Origin: Chloroflexia bacterium
GTDB lineage: Bacteria > Chloroflexota > Chloroflexia > QHBQ01 > JADMIH01
DNA length: 64,000 nt
Assembly (NCBI GenBank): GCA_036386675.1
Contig: DASVVE010000063.1
Span: 2,279-66,278, forward strand
Reading direction: 5' to 3'
The position numbers were made by a program, and so were the translations under genes. Shown piece after piece: positions 19,047 to 29,183 of this stretch (positions are counted from its first letter, which is position 1; the number at the start of each line of letters is the position of its first letter). A model generated the notes under the pieces. It did no database searches. It saw only the letters and a list, made by a program, of their open reading frames with translations, and had not been told where the DNA came from.

Positions 19047-21746
19047 ATGGAGCTACCGTTCAGCATCACCGAGCCGCGCGCTCTCATACTGCTTCTTGCC
19101 GTCCCGCCTGTCGTGTGGCTTGGGATATTGACAGCGCGCGCTCGCCCCAGGGACCGCTCGCGCATCGCCACGAGCACCGTCATTCGCGCCCTCATCCTGA
19201 CATTTATCACGCTTGCGGTCGCCGGCACCCAGTTCATCGCGTCTGGAGGCCCCCTGAATGTTGTATTCCTGGTGGACCGATCGGCCAGTGTGTCCGAGGC
19301 AAGCAAGCAGTCCTCGTTCGACTTCGTGCGACAAGCCATTGGGGCTATGGGGCCGGACGACCGGGCGGCGGTGGTGTTGTTCGGAGAGAATGCCATACTC
19401 GACCGGGCATTGAGCGCGGATACCATATGGGCTGCCGCGGGCAAGGAGCCTTCGGCGCTGGCGACCGACATTGCCGACGCGATCCAGGTGGGCACCGCAC
19501 TTTTCCCCGAGGGCGGCGCGAAGAGGCTCGTGCTCCTGAGTGACGGGGTGGAAACGGTCGGTGAGGCCAGGAGCATAGCAGCGGGAGAGGTGCTGTCCGG
19601 TATCCAGTTATCGGTGGTACCCCTCGGCGAGACCGCACAGAATGAAGTAGCGGTGGACCGGGTGGTAAGCCCGAACAGTGTGCCTTCGGGCCAGCAGATA
19701 CCCGTAAGGGTACTTGTAAAGAGCAACAGCGACAGGGCGGCGACCGTGACACTGTACGACGGCGACACCCCTGTCGCGACCGAGGACGCGCAACTGAAGG
19801 CTGGTGACAACGTCCTTACCTTTTCCACCGAGGCCCGCGAGCAGGGCTTTCACGTTCTCAAGGCGCGAGTAGACTCCGTCGATGACCGCTTCAGCGAAAA
19901 CAACGAAGCACTGTCTTTCACCATCGTGAAGCGACCGCCCACCGTCCTCATTGTCAGTGGTGCCGAGGCGGATAGCCTTGCGCTTCAAAATGCGCTGGAG
20001 GCGAGTGCAATCGAGGTGGATGTTGTTGCGTCGGTTGGCCTCCCCCGCGAGGCAAAGAACATCGGGCAGTACGATGCTATAGTCCTTGCCAATGTTTCGG
20101 CTAGCTCGCTGGAAATCGAAGGGCAGCAGGTGTTGCAAAGCTACGTGCGAGACATGGGACGCGGCCTCATCATGATAGGCGGCGACCTCAGTTACGGGGC
20201 CGGCGGCTACACTAGGTCCCCTATCGAAGAGGTGCTGCCGGTGCGCATGGACGCACGCACCTCGGAGGAGCGGGCCTCCCTTGCAATGACCTTCGTCGTG
20301 GACAAGAGCGGCAGCATGGGCCGATGTCACTGTGGAGGCAACCAGCAGTTCAACCCCAACATGCGGACGGAGTTCGGTGAGAGCAAGATTGAGCTGGTGA
20401 AGCAGGCTATAACCAAGGCCACCACGCTCCTCAATTCCAGCGACCAGGTGGGCGTAATCACATTCGATGAGCAACCAACCTGGCTGGCGCGCCTGCAACC
20501 CATAGCGGAACTTGGCGAGCAACGACTCGAACAGCTGCTACAGCCGGTGGAGGCGCAGGGCAACACAGACATGTTTGCTGCCCTCTCGCAGTCCGTAGAG
20601 TCGCTTGAGACCAGTAACGCACAGCTAAAGCACATCGTCTTACTGGGCGATGGTTGGAGCAAGCACTCGGATTACGACCAACTCCTGGAGCGTATGTCCG
20701 CCGGCAATATCACGCTTTCCACAGTAGGTGTCGGCGATGGCGCTGACGAGCTGATGCACGACCTCGCGACCAGGGGAGGAGGCCGCTTCTATGCAGCTAA
20801 GGATGTCACCACGGTGCCCGACGTCCTGCTCAAGGAAACGATCCGGCTCGCAGGCTCATACTACGTCGAGGAGGCGTTCACCCCGGCGGTGGAGCGCGCT
20901 AGCCCTATCCTGAACGGGATCGATACGGGAGCCATGCCGCCCCTGCTCGGCTACAATGCCAGCACGATCAAACCGGAGGCGGATCTGATACTCCGCTCTC
21001 CTCGCGGCGACCCGCTCCTCGCACAGTGGCAGTATGGACTCGGGCGTGCAGTCGCCTGGACCTCGGATGTGAAGGGACAGTGGGCGGCTGACTGGGTGGA
21101 GTGGCCCCAGTTCGGCAAGTTTATGGGACAGATGGTCAGTTGGACGCTCTCCCGGCAAGACAGCATTGGTCTGGAGGCTACGTTCTCAAGCCGGGCTGAC
21201 GCACAGGGAGTCGCGCAGGAAGTCGCCGTGCGAGTGGACACTGTCACGGTCACGGGCGCGCCCCGCAACTTCCTGCCGACGAGCCTGGTGATTACTGACA
21301 CCCTGGGCATCTCGACTACAGTTGAGGTTTCACCGCGCTCGCCTGGGGTGTACGATGGGATCGCGCACGGGCTGAGTCCGGGCGCGTATGCCGCCACAGT
21401 GGAACAGGTGCAGGCCGAAACCGGGGAGCTGGTGGAGCGGCTGGAAACCGGCTTCATCGTACCTTATCCGAGCGAATACCGGCTCTCCGGCGACTCGACG
21501 GCTGGCGCACAGGCATTGATGGCTGACCTAGCGCAGCTCGGTGGTGGAAGGGTACTCGAGATAACGCAGCCAGCTTCAGCGTTTACTCACGACATATCCC
21601 CTGAGCCACGGCGCTTAGCGATGTGGCCGTGGCTGATACTGGCGTCCATATTGCTTTTCCCGCTGGACGTAGCGGTACGGCGTGTGAGTCTTACGCCCCG
21701 CGAATTGTGGCGCTTGCTGAGGGGGCGAACACCGGACGATGCCTGA
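19047..21746 (+). CDS. BatA/BatB-like protein with N-terminal double-TM domain and two vWA domains, C-terminal TM
   Basis: Start reassigned to the ATG at 19047 (RBS AGGAA 8 nt upstream, 11 nt after the upstream stop) rather than the ORF-track 18951. vWA 1 VFLVDRSASVSE, vWA 2 TFVVDKSGSMG; C-terminal TM WPWLILASILLFPL. Confidence 0.7.
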   Translation: MELPFSITEPRALILLLAVPPVVWLGILTARARPRDRSRIATSTVIRALILTFITLAVAGTQFIASGGPLNVVFLVDRSASVSEASKQSSFDFVRQAIGAMGPDDRAAVVLFGENAILDRALSADTIWAAAGKEPSALATDIADAIQVGTALFPEGGAKRLVLLSDGVETVGEARSIAAGEVLSGIQLSVVPLGETAQNEVAVDRVVSPNSVPSGQQIPVRVLVKSNSDRAATVTLYDGDTPVATEDAQLKAGDNVLTFSTEAREQGFHVLKARVDSVDDRFSENNEALSFTIVKRPPTVLIVSGAEADSLALQNALEASAIEVDVVASVGLPREAKNIGQYDAIVLANVSASSLEIEGQQVLQSYVRDMGRGLIMIGGDLSYGAGGYTRSPIEEVLPVRMDARTSEERASLAMTFVVDKSGSMGRCHCGGNQQFNPNMRTEFGESKIELVKQAITKATTLLNSSDQVGVITFDEQPTWLARLQPIAELGEQRLEQLLQPVEAQGNTDMFAALSQSVESLETSNAQLKHIVLLGDGWSKHSDYDQLLERMSAGNITLSTVGVGDGADELMHDLATRGGGRFYAAKDVTTVPDVLLKETIRLAGSYYVEEAFTPAVERASPILNGIDTGAMPPLLGYNASTIKPEADLILRSPRGDPLLAQWQYGLGRAVAWTSDVKGQWAADWVEWPQFGKFMGQMVSWTLSRQDSIGLEATFSSRADAQGVAQEVAVRVDTVTVTGAPRNFLPTSLVITDTLGISTTVEVSPRSPGVYDGIAHGLSPGAYAATVEQVQAETGELVERLETGFIVPYPSEYRLSGDSTAGAQALMADLAQLGGGRVLEITQPASAFTHDISPEPRRLAMWPWLILASILLFPLDVAVRRVSLTPRELWRLLRGRTPDDA

Positions 21747-22512
21747 CAGGATGCGGACCGTCGATCTCAATGCGGACGTAGGTGAGAGTTTCGGGCCGTG
21801 GCCCATGGGCCACGACCGGGAAATCATGCCTTTCATCACATCCGCAAACCTTGCCTGTGGCGGTCACGCGGGCGACCCTGACGTCATGGCCGCCACGGTC
21901 CGGCTCGCGGCAAGTCATGGTGTCAATGTCGGTGCGCACCCTGGTTACCCGGACCTGGCCGGCTTTGGTAGACGAGCCATCGCCTTCAGCCCGGACGAGG
22001 TGCGGAACTTCGTACTATATCAGGTGGGGGCGCTCTGGGCCATCGCGCGCGCCTGTGGAGTTGAACTGCGCCACGTCAAACCCCATGGGGCGCTATACAA
22101 TGTGGCAGCGAGAGATCGCCTAACCGCCGAAGCTATAGCCGGTGCCGTACGGGAGTTCTCACGCGAGTTACCCCTGGTGTGCCTGGCCGGGTCAGCTGCC
22201 GAGGAAGTGTCGCTCGAAATGGGGCTTCCCACGCTCGCCGAGGGCTTCGCAGACCGCGCCTACGAACCCGGTGGAGCACTGCGAGACCGTAAGCTGCCGG
22301 CGAGCGTACACCACGATCCCGCGGCGGTGGCAGCTCAGGTCTTGGGTCTGGCCAGGGGCGAAGTGCGAGCCGTCGACGGAAGCACTCTGCAAGTGCGTGT
22401 GGACACAATCTGCCTGCACAGTGACACCCCGGAAGCCCCGTTGTTCGCTCGTGTCGCCCGCCAGGCGCTCGAAGATGCCGGCTACGTTGTTGCGCCCCCA
22501 ACGAACAGCTGA
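21739..22512 (+). CDS. pxpA: 5-oxoprolinase subunit A (LamB/YcsF family, PxpA)
   Basis: 257 aa; DLNADVGESFG…GHD N-terminal motif; alternative start at 21751. Confidence 0.85.
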   Translation: MPDRMRTVDLNADVGESFGPWPMGHDREIMPFITSANLACGGHAGDPDVMAATVRLAASHGVNVGAHPGYPDLAGFGRRAIAFSPDEVRNFVLYQVGALWAIARACGVELRHVKPHGALYNVAARDRLTAEAIAGAVREFSRELPLVCLAGSAAEEVSLEMGLPTLAEGFADRAYEPGGALRDRKLPASVHHDPAAVAAQVLGLARGEVRAVDGSTLQVRVDTICLHSDTPEAPLFARVARQALEDAGYVVAPPTNS

Positions 22513-22513
22513 G

Positions 22514-24166
22514 ATGAACGCAGGACGTACGGCGATCATAGACCGCATGGGCGAGAGCGCGCTGCTCGTGACGCTTGGAAGTGGCATTTCGCCGTCGCTG
22601 AATCGGGCCGTGCACGCGTTGGCGGACAATCTACGGAAGCTGGCGCTTAGAGGTGTTTGCGACATCGTGCCGGCTTATGCGAGTGTGCTCGTAACCTTCG
22701 AGGACTCGGTGGTCGCCGCTGAGGAAGTGGCCGAGCACGTGCGGCATGCCCTTCCTCTTGCAGGTCCCACGCCGGACGCTCCTCCGCGCCGGCATAACAT
22801 TCCAGTTGCGTATGGCGGCGAGTACGGTCCTGATCTCGAAGCCCTGTCGGCCGCGCTCGGACTGACGCCAACCGAAGTGGTCCGAAGACATACCAGCCGA
22901 ACATATCTCGTCTACTTCCTTGGCTTCATGCCAGGTTTTGCATACCTCGGAGGACTAGAGCCGTCTATTGCTGCACCGCGTCTTGGAAGCCCAAGGGTGC
23001 GCGTTCCGGTAGGCTCAGTTGGAATAGCGGGCGAGCAAACGGGGGTGTATCCTCTCGCAAGCCCCGGTGGTTGGCAACTCGTGGGCCGCACCGGGATCGT
23101 GCTGTGGGACGTCAATAGGAACCCACCGGCACTCCTGGCTCCGCACGACGAGGTACACTTCCTGGCCTCAGACGGACTCACATTGAGCAAGCCCACGTAT
23201 CACGAGCCTGATGGACCGCGCGAACCCGGCTCAATTCCGGTCTTGACAGTGGAGGCACCCGGAGCACTAACTCTGGTTCAAGACATGGGTCACCCAGGAT
23301 ATAGTCACCTTGGACTAAGCCCTGGAGGCGCGATGGACCCCTTCGCGCTGGCGGTCGCGAACAGCCTGGTCGGCAGCCCCCCTGGCGCTGCTGCCCTTGA
23401 GATAACCTGGTCGGGACCAACGTTGAGAGCACTTGCTACTACGGTCATCGGCATGGCCGGCAGTGACCTTGGCTGTCAGGTCGACGGGCGGCCGGTGCCT
23501 TGTGGTATCAGTTGGTTGGTACGTGCCGGTAGCGAAGTACGCTTCACCGGACGTGGGGCAAGCAGTGCGGCACGATGTTATCTTGCGGTCGCTGGAGGTT
23601 TCAGCGTGCCGACACTGCTGGGTTCTCGGTCCACTTACCTACCGGGCGGCTTCGGTGGCTATGGCGGGCGGCAGTTGCGCGCGGGCGATACTTTGTACGC
23701 CGCCGCGTCCGGTAAGTCACCGGCGGAGCTTGCGGGGAAAATAGCTTCCATCCTGCCTGCTACTGTGCCGCCGGGTGGTAGCCTGAGATACGTGCCGTAC
23801 CTGGGAGCGGGCTGTGTAGCCACAACGTTGAGGGAGCACGCTGATAGCTTGACCTACGAGGTTAGTGTTGCCAGTGATAGGATGGGTGTACGATTGTTAC
23901 CTGAGCAGGAGGGAGAACTAGCCTGGAGCGGTGGGGAGCTAACGTCCTTCGGAGTGCCCCGTGGGGCCATCCAGCTGCCACCGGGCGGCACCCCAGTAGT
24001 GCTGGGTGCAGACCACCAAACAACCGGCGGGTATCCGGTGCTAGGCGTCGTCGCAAGGGGTGATTGGCCGCTACTCGCACAACTGAGACCCGGCTCAAAA
24101 GTGCGGTTGAAGCCGGTCACGCTGGCAGAGGCCAGGGCTGCACGGCGTGGCTGGCCCCTCTCGTAA
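22514..24166 (+). CDS. Fused 5-oxoprolinase subunits B and C (KipI/allophanate-hydrolase-subunit-1 + KipA/subunit-2 fusion)
   Basis: Start at the ATG 22514, 1 nt after the pxpA stop. The ORF-track 22142 start lies inside pxpA. N-terminal ~220 aa is PxpB-like, C-terminal ~330 aa PxpC-like. Confidence 0.75.
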   Translation: MNAGRTAIIDRMGESALLVTLGSGISPSLNRAVHALADNLRKLALRGVCDIVPAYASVLVTFEDSVVAAEEVAEHVRHALPLAGPTPDAPPRRHNIPVAYGGEYGPDLEALSAALGLTPTEVVRRHTSRTYLVYFLGFMPGFAYLGGLEPSIAAPRLGSPRVRVPVGSVGIAGEQTGVYPLASPGGWQLVGRTGIVLWDVNRNPPALLAPHDEVHFLASDGLTLSKPTYHEPDGPREPGSIPVLTVEAPGALTLVQDMGHPGYSHLGLSPGGAMDPFALAVANSLVGSPPGAAALEITWSGPTLRALATTVIGMAGSDLGCQVDGRPVPCGISWLVRAGSEVRFTGRGASSAARCYLAVAGGFSVPTLLGSRSTYLPGGFGGYGGRQLRAGDTLYAAASGKSPAELAGKIASILPATVPPGGSLRYVPYLGAGCVATTLREHADSLTYEVSVASDRMGVRLLPEQEGELAWSGGELTSFGVPRGAIQLPPGGTPVVLGADHQTTGGYPVLGVVARGDWPLLAQLRPGSKVRLKPVTLAEARAARRGWPLS

Positions 24167-24197
24167 CCCATACGAAATGGACGCCGAGAGGTTGTGG

Positions 24198-24467
24198 TTA
24201 GGCTTTGGTGTACGGCCCGGTGCTGATGCGGTGGGCGCGGCCACCTGCGGTGAACTCGAGGTTGCGCAGGATGCCCACCTGCGCCCCGATGCCTATTTGC
24301 TTGTTTCCCACGGTGATACCTGCCTGCATGGCGTCGGTTGCAGCACCTTCCGGCGTCAGGGCACGCTCGCCGGGATTGGCGTCAATGTCCTCGCCACCGG
24401 GTCCGGTAACCTGGTTCTGGCCGGACATTCCAGGGTCTTGTCCTCTTCGGTAGTAGGTATCTGCCAT
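24198..24467 (-). CDS. Small Gly-rich hypothetical protein (89 aa)
   Basis: Fills a 310-nt gap between convergent genes; strong SD (GGAGAG, 4 nt spacer) before the ATG; no recognisable domain. Confidence 0.35.
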   Translation of the reverse strand: MADTYYRRGQDPGMSGQNQVTGPGGEDIDANPGERALTPEGAATDAMQAGITVGNKQIGIGAQVGILRNLEFTAGGRAHRISTGPYTKA

Positions 24468-24476
24468 GTTGCTCTC

Positions 24477-26135
24477 CTAAACTAGTCGCCGCTCCCTGTA
24501 CTCACCGAACACGGCGCGTAAGGTGTCACTGATCTCGCCAAGCGTCACGAAGCCTTGCGCGCAGTCGATGATGAAGGGCATCAGGTTTTCATTCGCTTCA
24601 GCGGCGTTCCGCAATCGTTCGAGATTGCTTGAAACTGTTGCGCTGTCACGCTCCGATTTCAGTGCGCGTAATCCCTCTATCTGCCGGGCTTGCAGCGTGG
24701 GGTCCACGCGGTGTATTTCTGTTGTGTCTGTATCGTCTGAGACGTAGCGATTGACTCCGACAATCACGCGCTCACCGCCATCGACCTCGTTTTGCCAGCG
24801 ATACGCCGCCTCCTGGATCTCCGACTGCGGGAACCCTTCTTCAATAGCTCGGAGTGTGCCGCCCAGTTCTGTGATGCGCCGCAGGTAGTCTCGTGCCCCT
24901 TCCTCGATCCGGTTGGTCAGCCATTCAACGTAGTACGAGCCGCCAAGCGGGTCGATAGTTGACGCTACGCCGGTCTCGTGCGCGATGATCTGCTGGGTGC
25001 GTAGCGCGAGGCGGGCGGAGCGTTCGGTTGGAAGCGCCAGCGCCTCGTCAAGCGAATTGGTGTGTAGCGACTGTGTGCCCCCGAACACCGCCGACAGGGC
25101 TTGCAGCGCCACACGCACGACGTTGTTGTCCGGCTGCTGCGCGGTAAGGCTGGAGCCTGCTGTCTGCGTGTGGAACCGGAGCATGAGGCTCTGGGGGTTC
25201 TGCGCACCGAAGTCATCTCGCATAATCCGTGCCCAAAGCCTGCGCGCCGCCCGGAACTTGGCTACCTCTTCCAGGAAATCGCTGTGAGCGTTGAAGAAGA
25301 ACGCCAGGCGCGGAGCAAATGTGTCTACAGAAATCCCACGGCTCAAGACCTCTTGAACGTAGGCAATCGCATTGGACAGGGTGAATGCCACTTCCTGAAC
25401 GGCAGTAGACCCGGCTTCGCGGATGTGGTAGCCGCTGATGGAGATGGGATTCCACTGCGGCAACTGCTCGGCGCAGAACGCAATAATGTCACCCGCGATC
25501 CGCATCGATGGTGCGGCGGGGTAAATGTAGGTGCCTCGCGCGATATATTCCTTGAGTACGTCGTTCTGGACTGTGCCGCTAAGGGCCCGGTCCGAGATGC
25601 CCCTGTTGCGCGCCACCGCTACGTAAAATGCCAGGAGGATAGAAGCGGTGGCGTTGATGGTCATCGAAGTGCTGACCTTGTCCAGGGGAATGTCGGCCAG
25701 CAGCAGTTCCATATCACGGATCGAAGAGATTGACACGCCCACCTTGCCAACCTCGCCTGCTGCCAGTGGGTGGTCGCTGTCGTAGCCCATCTGGGTGGGC
25801 AGGTCAAAAGCTACCGAAAGTCCGGTCTGCCCCTGTTCTAGAAGGTACTTGTAGCGGCGATTCGACTCTTCTGCCGTCCCGTAGCCTGCATACTGGCGCA
25901 TGGTCCAGAGCCGGCCACGGTACATCGTTGGCTGCACACCCCTCGTGAACGGGTATTGTCCGGGAAAGCCCAGGTCCTCTTCGTAGCGGTCGTGGGGTGC
26001 CTCCTCGGGGGTGTAGAGGCGGTTGACGGGGATATCGGAGGCCGTCCGAAACTCAGGTTGGCGTTCGGGGAAGCGTTCTAGCGCGGGCTTGAGCACCTTG
26101 TCTTCCCACTTGGCCTTATCGCCGGACTTTATCAT
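24477..26135 (-). CDS. Acyl-CoA (methylmalonyl-CoA-type) mutase large subunit, catalytic TIM-barrel domain only
   Basis: 552 aa; N-terminal substrate-binding region typical of MCM/ICM alpha ([36 protein letters not shown]); no B12-binding domain in this polypeptide. Confidence 0.85.
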   Translation of the reverse strand: MIKSGDKAKWEDKVLKPALERFPERQPEFRTASDIPVNRLYTPEEAPHDRYEEDLGFPGQYPFTRGVQPTMYRGRLWTMRQYAGYGTAEESNRRYKYLLEQGQTGLSVAFDLPTQMGYDSDHPLAAGEVGKVGVSISSIRDMELLLADIPLDKVSTSMTINATASILLAFYVAVARNRGISDRALSGTVQNDVLKEYIARGTYIYPAAPSMRIAGDIIAFCAEQLPQWNPISISGYHIREAGSTAVQEVAFTLSNAIAYVQEVLSRGISVDTFAPRLAFFFNAHSDFLEEVAKFRAARRLWARIMRDDFGAQNPQSLMLRFHTQTAGSSLTAQQPDNNVVRVALQALSAVFGGTQSLHTNSLDEALALPTERSARLALRTQQIIAHETGVASTIDPLGGSYYVEWLTNRIEEGARDYLRRITELGGTLRAIEEGFPQSEIQEAAYRWQNEVDGGERVIVGVNRYVSDDTDTTEIHRVDPTLQARQIEGLRALKSERDSATVSSNLERLRNAAEANENLMPFIIDCAQGFVTLGEISDTLRAVFGEYRERRLV

Positions 26136-26147
26136 GAGAGGACCTGC

Positions 26148-26687
26148 CTATTCCAGGGTAACCAGGGGACTGTCGGCCTCCACCACGTTGCCCGGCTGTA
26201 CGTGCACCTGGGCGACCCTGGCATCGCGGGGGGCGGTGATCTCATTCTCCATCTTCATGGCTTCCAGCACTACAAGTCGCGTGCCCACCTTCACTTCAGC
26301 TCCGACTTCCACTAACACAGCCTTTACCAGCCCCGGCATCGGCGCGCTGACGACCCTCGTACCACCCTCGGCTGCTTGCTTGGGAGCCACCTTCATAAGG
26401 CGCCACTCGCGCTCTGTGTGCACCTTGACATCGTAGCGGTGCCGCCAAATCATCACGCGGAAATGCGGGCCGCGCTTTTCGACGTACAACTGGTAGCTCT
26501 TACCGCCGATGAGAAGAGAGTACAGGCCCTCCCCCGTCTCTACGTTGGACTGCACCGGCACGAAGTCTACGGCAGAATCTCCGCTGCCTGCGCCGTCGTC
26601 GATTGGGCGCAGATGTGTTACGCCACCGGATTGGGTGACCTCAAAACCGAGTTCCCGTTCGCCTAGCTCTACGTAATACTTTGCCAT
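26148..26687 (-). CDS. Biotin carboxyl carrier (biotinyl-domain) protein
   Basis: 179 aa; C-terminal biotinyl domain with EAMKMENEI. Confidence 0.7.
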   Translation of the reverse strand: MAKYYVELGERELGFEVTQSGGVTHLRPIDDGAGSGDSAVDFVPVQSNVETGEGLYSLLIGGKSYQLYVEKRGPHFRVMIWRHRYDVKVHTEREWRLMKVAPKQAAEGGTRVVSAPMPGLVKAVLVEVGAEVKVGTRLVVLEAMKMENEITAPRDARVAQVHVQPGNVVEADSPLVTLE

Positions 26688-26690
26688 GAT

Positions 26691-28223
26691 CTACCTGAAG
26701 CCTTGCCGGCGGCCCGCTAGACGCCACGCATTGTCACCCGGACCTGGTGCCTGGTGCCCTGTAGTACCGTTGGAGGCTGCTGAGCCTGCAAGGAGCTTTC
26801 GGTCAAGCACCAGTGCCGCTGATATCGCCGCTATGTCTTCCAGGCGCTCGTCTTCCTCTTGCCGCTCCCCGGCTGTATTCGCCAGCAGCCGGTCTACGAA
26901 CTTGGTGTCGAGGCGGCCCCGCTGGAAGTCGAGGGACTGCATTACCCGCAGGTGAAAGGGGATATTAGTTTGAATGCCGGCGACCCGGTACTCGCGCAAG
27001 GCCCGGCGCATCCGCAAAATCGCATGCGCCCGACTTGGCGCCCAGACTATCAGCTTGGCGATCATGGGGTCGTAATACACGGAGACTTTGCCGCCTGCGT
27101 ACACGCTGCTGTCCACACGCACCCCGGCGCCGCCAGGCTCAGAGACGGCGGCGATTGTGCCGAGTGAGGGCGCGAAGTTGTTGAAGGGGTCTTCTGCCGC
27201 GATTCGGCACTCCATTGCGTGGCCGTTGAGCCGCACGTCTGCCTGTTTTAGCCGTAAAGGTCTGCCGGAGGCGATCCGGAACTGTTCGAGCACAAGATCG
27301 ACGCCCGTTACCAGCTCCGTTACCGGGTGCTCGACCTGGAGTCGCGTATTTACCTCAAGGAAGTAGAAGTTCTTGAACTTGTCCAATAGAAACTCGACGG
27401 TGCCTGCCGAGGTATAGCCCACCGCTCGCGCCGCCGCTACCGCCACGCTACCCATGCGCTCGCGCAAGTCTGCGTCTACTGCCACCGAGGGCGATTCCTC
27501 GATCAGCTTCTGGTACCTGCGCTGCACCGAACACTCGCGCTCGCCCAGGTGGATGACGTTGCCGTGGGTGTCACCCAGCAGTTGTATCTCGACGTGGCGT
27601 ACCGACTCCAGGTACTTTTCAAGGTAGACCGTGCCGGATCCAAAGGAAGACCGGGCTTCGCTTTGCGCGCTCCTCAACGCCGACTCAAGATCGTCGGGGC
27701 TGTGCACGATGCGCATGCCCTTGCCGCCGCCACCCGCCGACGCCTTTATCAGGACCGGGTACCCGATGCGTTCCGCCGCCGCCAGGGCACTTTCAACATC
27801 GTCGGTGGCAACATCAGTTCCTGGGACGGTCGGCACTCCCGCTGCTTGCGCGGTCCTGCGGGCCTCCAACTTGTCACCAAGCATCCTCATGGCTCTCGGT
27901 TCAGGCCCAATCCAGGTGAGACCCTCATCCAGCACAGCCTGGGCGAAGTTGGCGTTCTCAGCCAGGAAACCATAGCCGGGGTGTACGGCATCCGCCCCCG
28001 ACTTGCGCGCTACCTCTAGCAACCTGTCAATTCTGAGGTAGGACTCGACGGAGGGTGCGGGCCCAATCGGGTATGCTTCGTCGGCGGCACGAACGTGGAG
28101 GGCGGTGCGGTCCGCTTCTGAGAATACAGCTACCGACTCGATGCCGACCTCGGCACAGGCACGCACCACGCGCAAGGCGATCTCACCCCGGTTCGCTATC
28201 AAGACCTTTCTGATCTTACGCAA
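26691..28223 (-). CDS. Biotin carboxylase subunit (AccC-like) of an acyl-CoA carboxylase
   Basis: 510 aa; IANRGEIALRVVRA N-terminus, ATP-grasp, no fused BCCP. Confidence 0.85.
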   Translation of the reverse strand: MRKIRKVLIANRGEIALRVVRACAEVGIESVAVFSEADRTALHVRAADEAYPIGPAPSVESYLRIDRLLEVARKSGADAVHPGYGFLAENANFAQAVLDEGLTWIGPEPRAMRMLGDKLEARRTAQAAGVPTVPGTDVATDDVESALAAAERIGYPVLIKASAGGGGKGMRIVHSPDDLESALRSAQSEARSSFGSGTVYLEKYLESVRHVEIQLLGDTHGNVIHLGERECSVQRRYQKLIEESPSVAVDADLRERMGSVAVAAARAVGYTSAGTVEFLLDKFKNFYFLEVNTRLQVEHPVTELVTGVDLVLEQFRIASGRPLRLKQADVRLNGHAMECRIAAEDPFNNFAPSLGTIAAVSEPGGAGVRVDSSVYAGGKVSVYYDPMIAKLIVWAPSRAHAILRMRRALREYRVAGIQTNIPFHLRVMQSLDFQRGRLDTKFVDRLLANTAGERQEEDERLEDIAAISAALVLDRKLLAGSAASNGTTGHQAPGPGDNAWRLAGRRQGFR

Positions 28224-28262
28224 TCAAATGCTCCAATGGCGTTTACTGCTCTCGCGGAAGTC

Positions 28263-29183
28263 TCATGCAGCGCACTGGGCCAGGTAGGCCTGTAGGTAGC
28301 GGCTGGCGGGCGGCTTGTTCAGCACTGTCGTAATGAATCGGGAGGCCTCTACCACCTTCTCAAGGTCCACTCCGGTTTCGATGCCGAGGCCGTTCAGCAT
28401 GTAGAGCAAGTCTTCAGTTGCAAGGTTGCCGGACGCACCAGGCGCATAGGGACACCCGCCAAGCCCGGCAGACGAGGAGTCGACGGTACCTATCCCTAAT
28501 TCCAGCGCGGCGAGCACGTTCGCCAGCGCGGTGCCTCGCGTGTCGTGGAAGTGCACGGCAAGATTCTCAGCGGGCACATCGCGCAGGAGGAGGCCCATGA
28601 CGTCGTAGACCTGGTTGGGCGTGCCCACCCCGATTGTGTCTCCGATTGACACCTGCCAGGCACCCATGTCCAGCAGCGACAGAGCTACCTCCCGCACCTT
28701 CTCAGGAGCTACCTCACCCTCATAGGGGCAACCAAACGCGGTGCTGACGTAGCCACGAACTTGAACATTGTTAGCGCGGGCTAGCGTCATCACCGGGCGG
28801 AAGTTCTCAATCGACTCCGCAATCGTAGCGTTGATGTTGGCCCTGGTGAAACTCTCCGAAGCCGCGGTGAATACAGCTACATCTGTAGCTCCTGCTGCCA
28901 AAGCTCGGAGCATGCCTTTCTCATTAGGCACCAGGACCGGGTAACGCGCACCAGGGTTATGCACAATATTAGTGAGAACCTCCGAGGCGTCACCCAGTTG
29001 CGGGACGGCCTTGGGGCTGACGAACGAGGTCGCCTCAATGTAGGAGAAACCCGCGCTGCTCAGCAGGTCAATGTAGCGCACCTTGTCAGCGGTAGGCACG
29101 TGCGCTTTCTCGTTCTGCAGTCCGTCTCTCGGCCCGACCTCGTACACGGTTACGTGCGATGGCAATGAAGGGATGCCACTCAT
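28263..29183 (-). CDS. Hydroxymethylglutaryl-CoA lyase
   Basis: 306 aa; VTVYEVGPRDGLQNE N-terminus, DRE-TIM fold. Confidence 0.85.
   Translation of the reverse strand: MSGIPSLPSHVTVYEVGPRDGLQNEKAHVPTADKVRYIDLLSSAGFSYIEATSFVSPKAVPQLGDASEVLTNIVHNPGARYPVLVPNEKGMLRALAAGATDVAVFTAASESFTRANINATIAESIENFRPVMTLARANNVQVRGYVSTAFGCPYEGEVAPEKVREVALSLLDMGAWQVSIGDTIGVGTPNQVYDVMGLLLRDVPAENLAVHFHDTRGTALANVLAALELGIGTVDSSSAGLGGCPYAPGASGNLATEDLLYMLNGLGIETGVDLEKVVEASRFITTVLNKPPASRYLQAYLAQCAA

Noticed and set aside
22142-22513. ORF-track start of the PxpBC ORF 372 nt upstream, inside pxpA
   Set aside because: The N-terminal 124 aa have no homology pattern and overlap pxpA in another frame. An ATG at 22514, 1 nt after the pxpA stop, gives a canonical KipI N-terminus.
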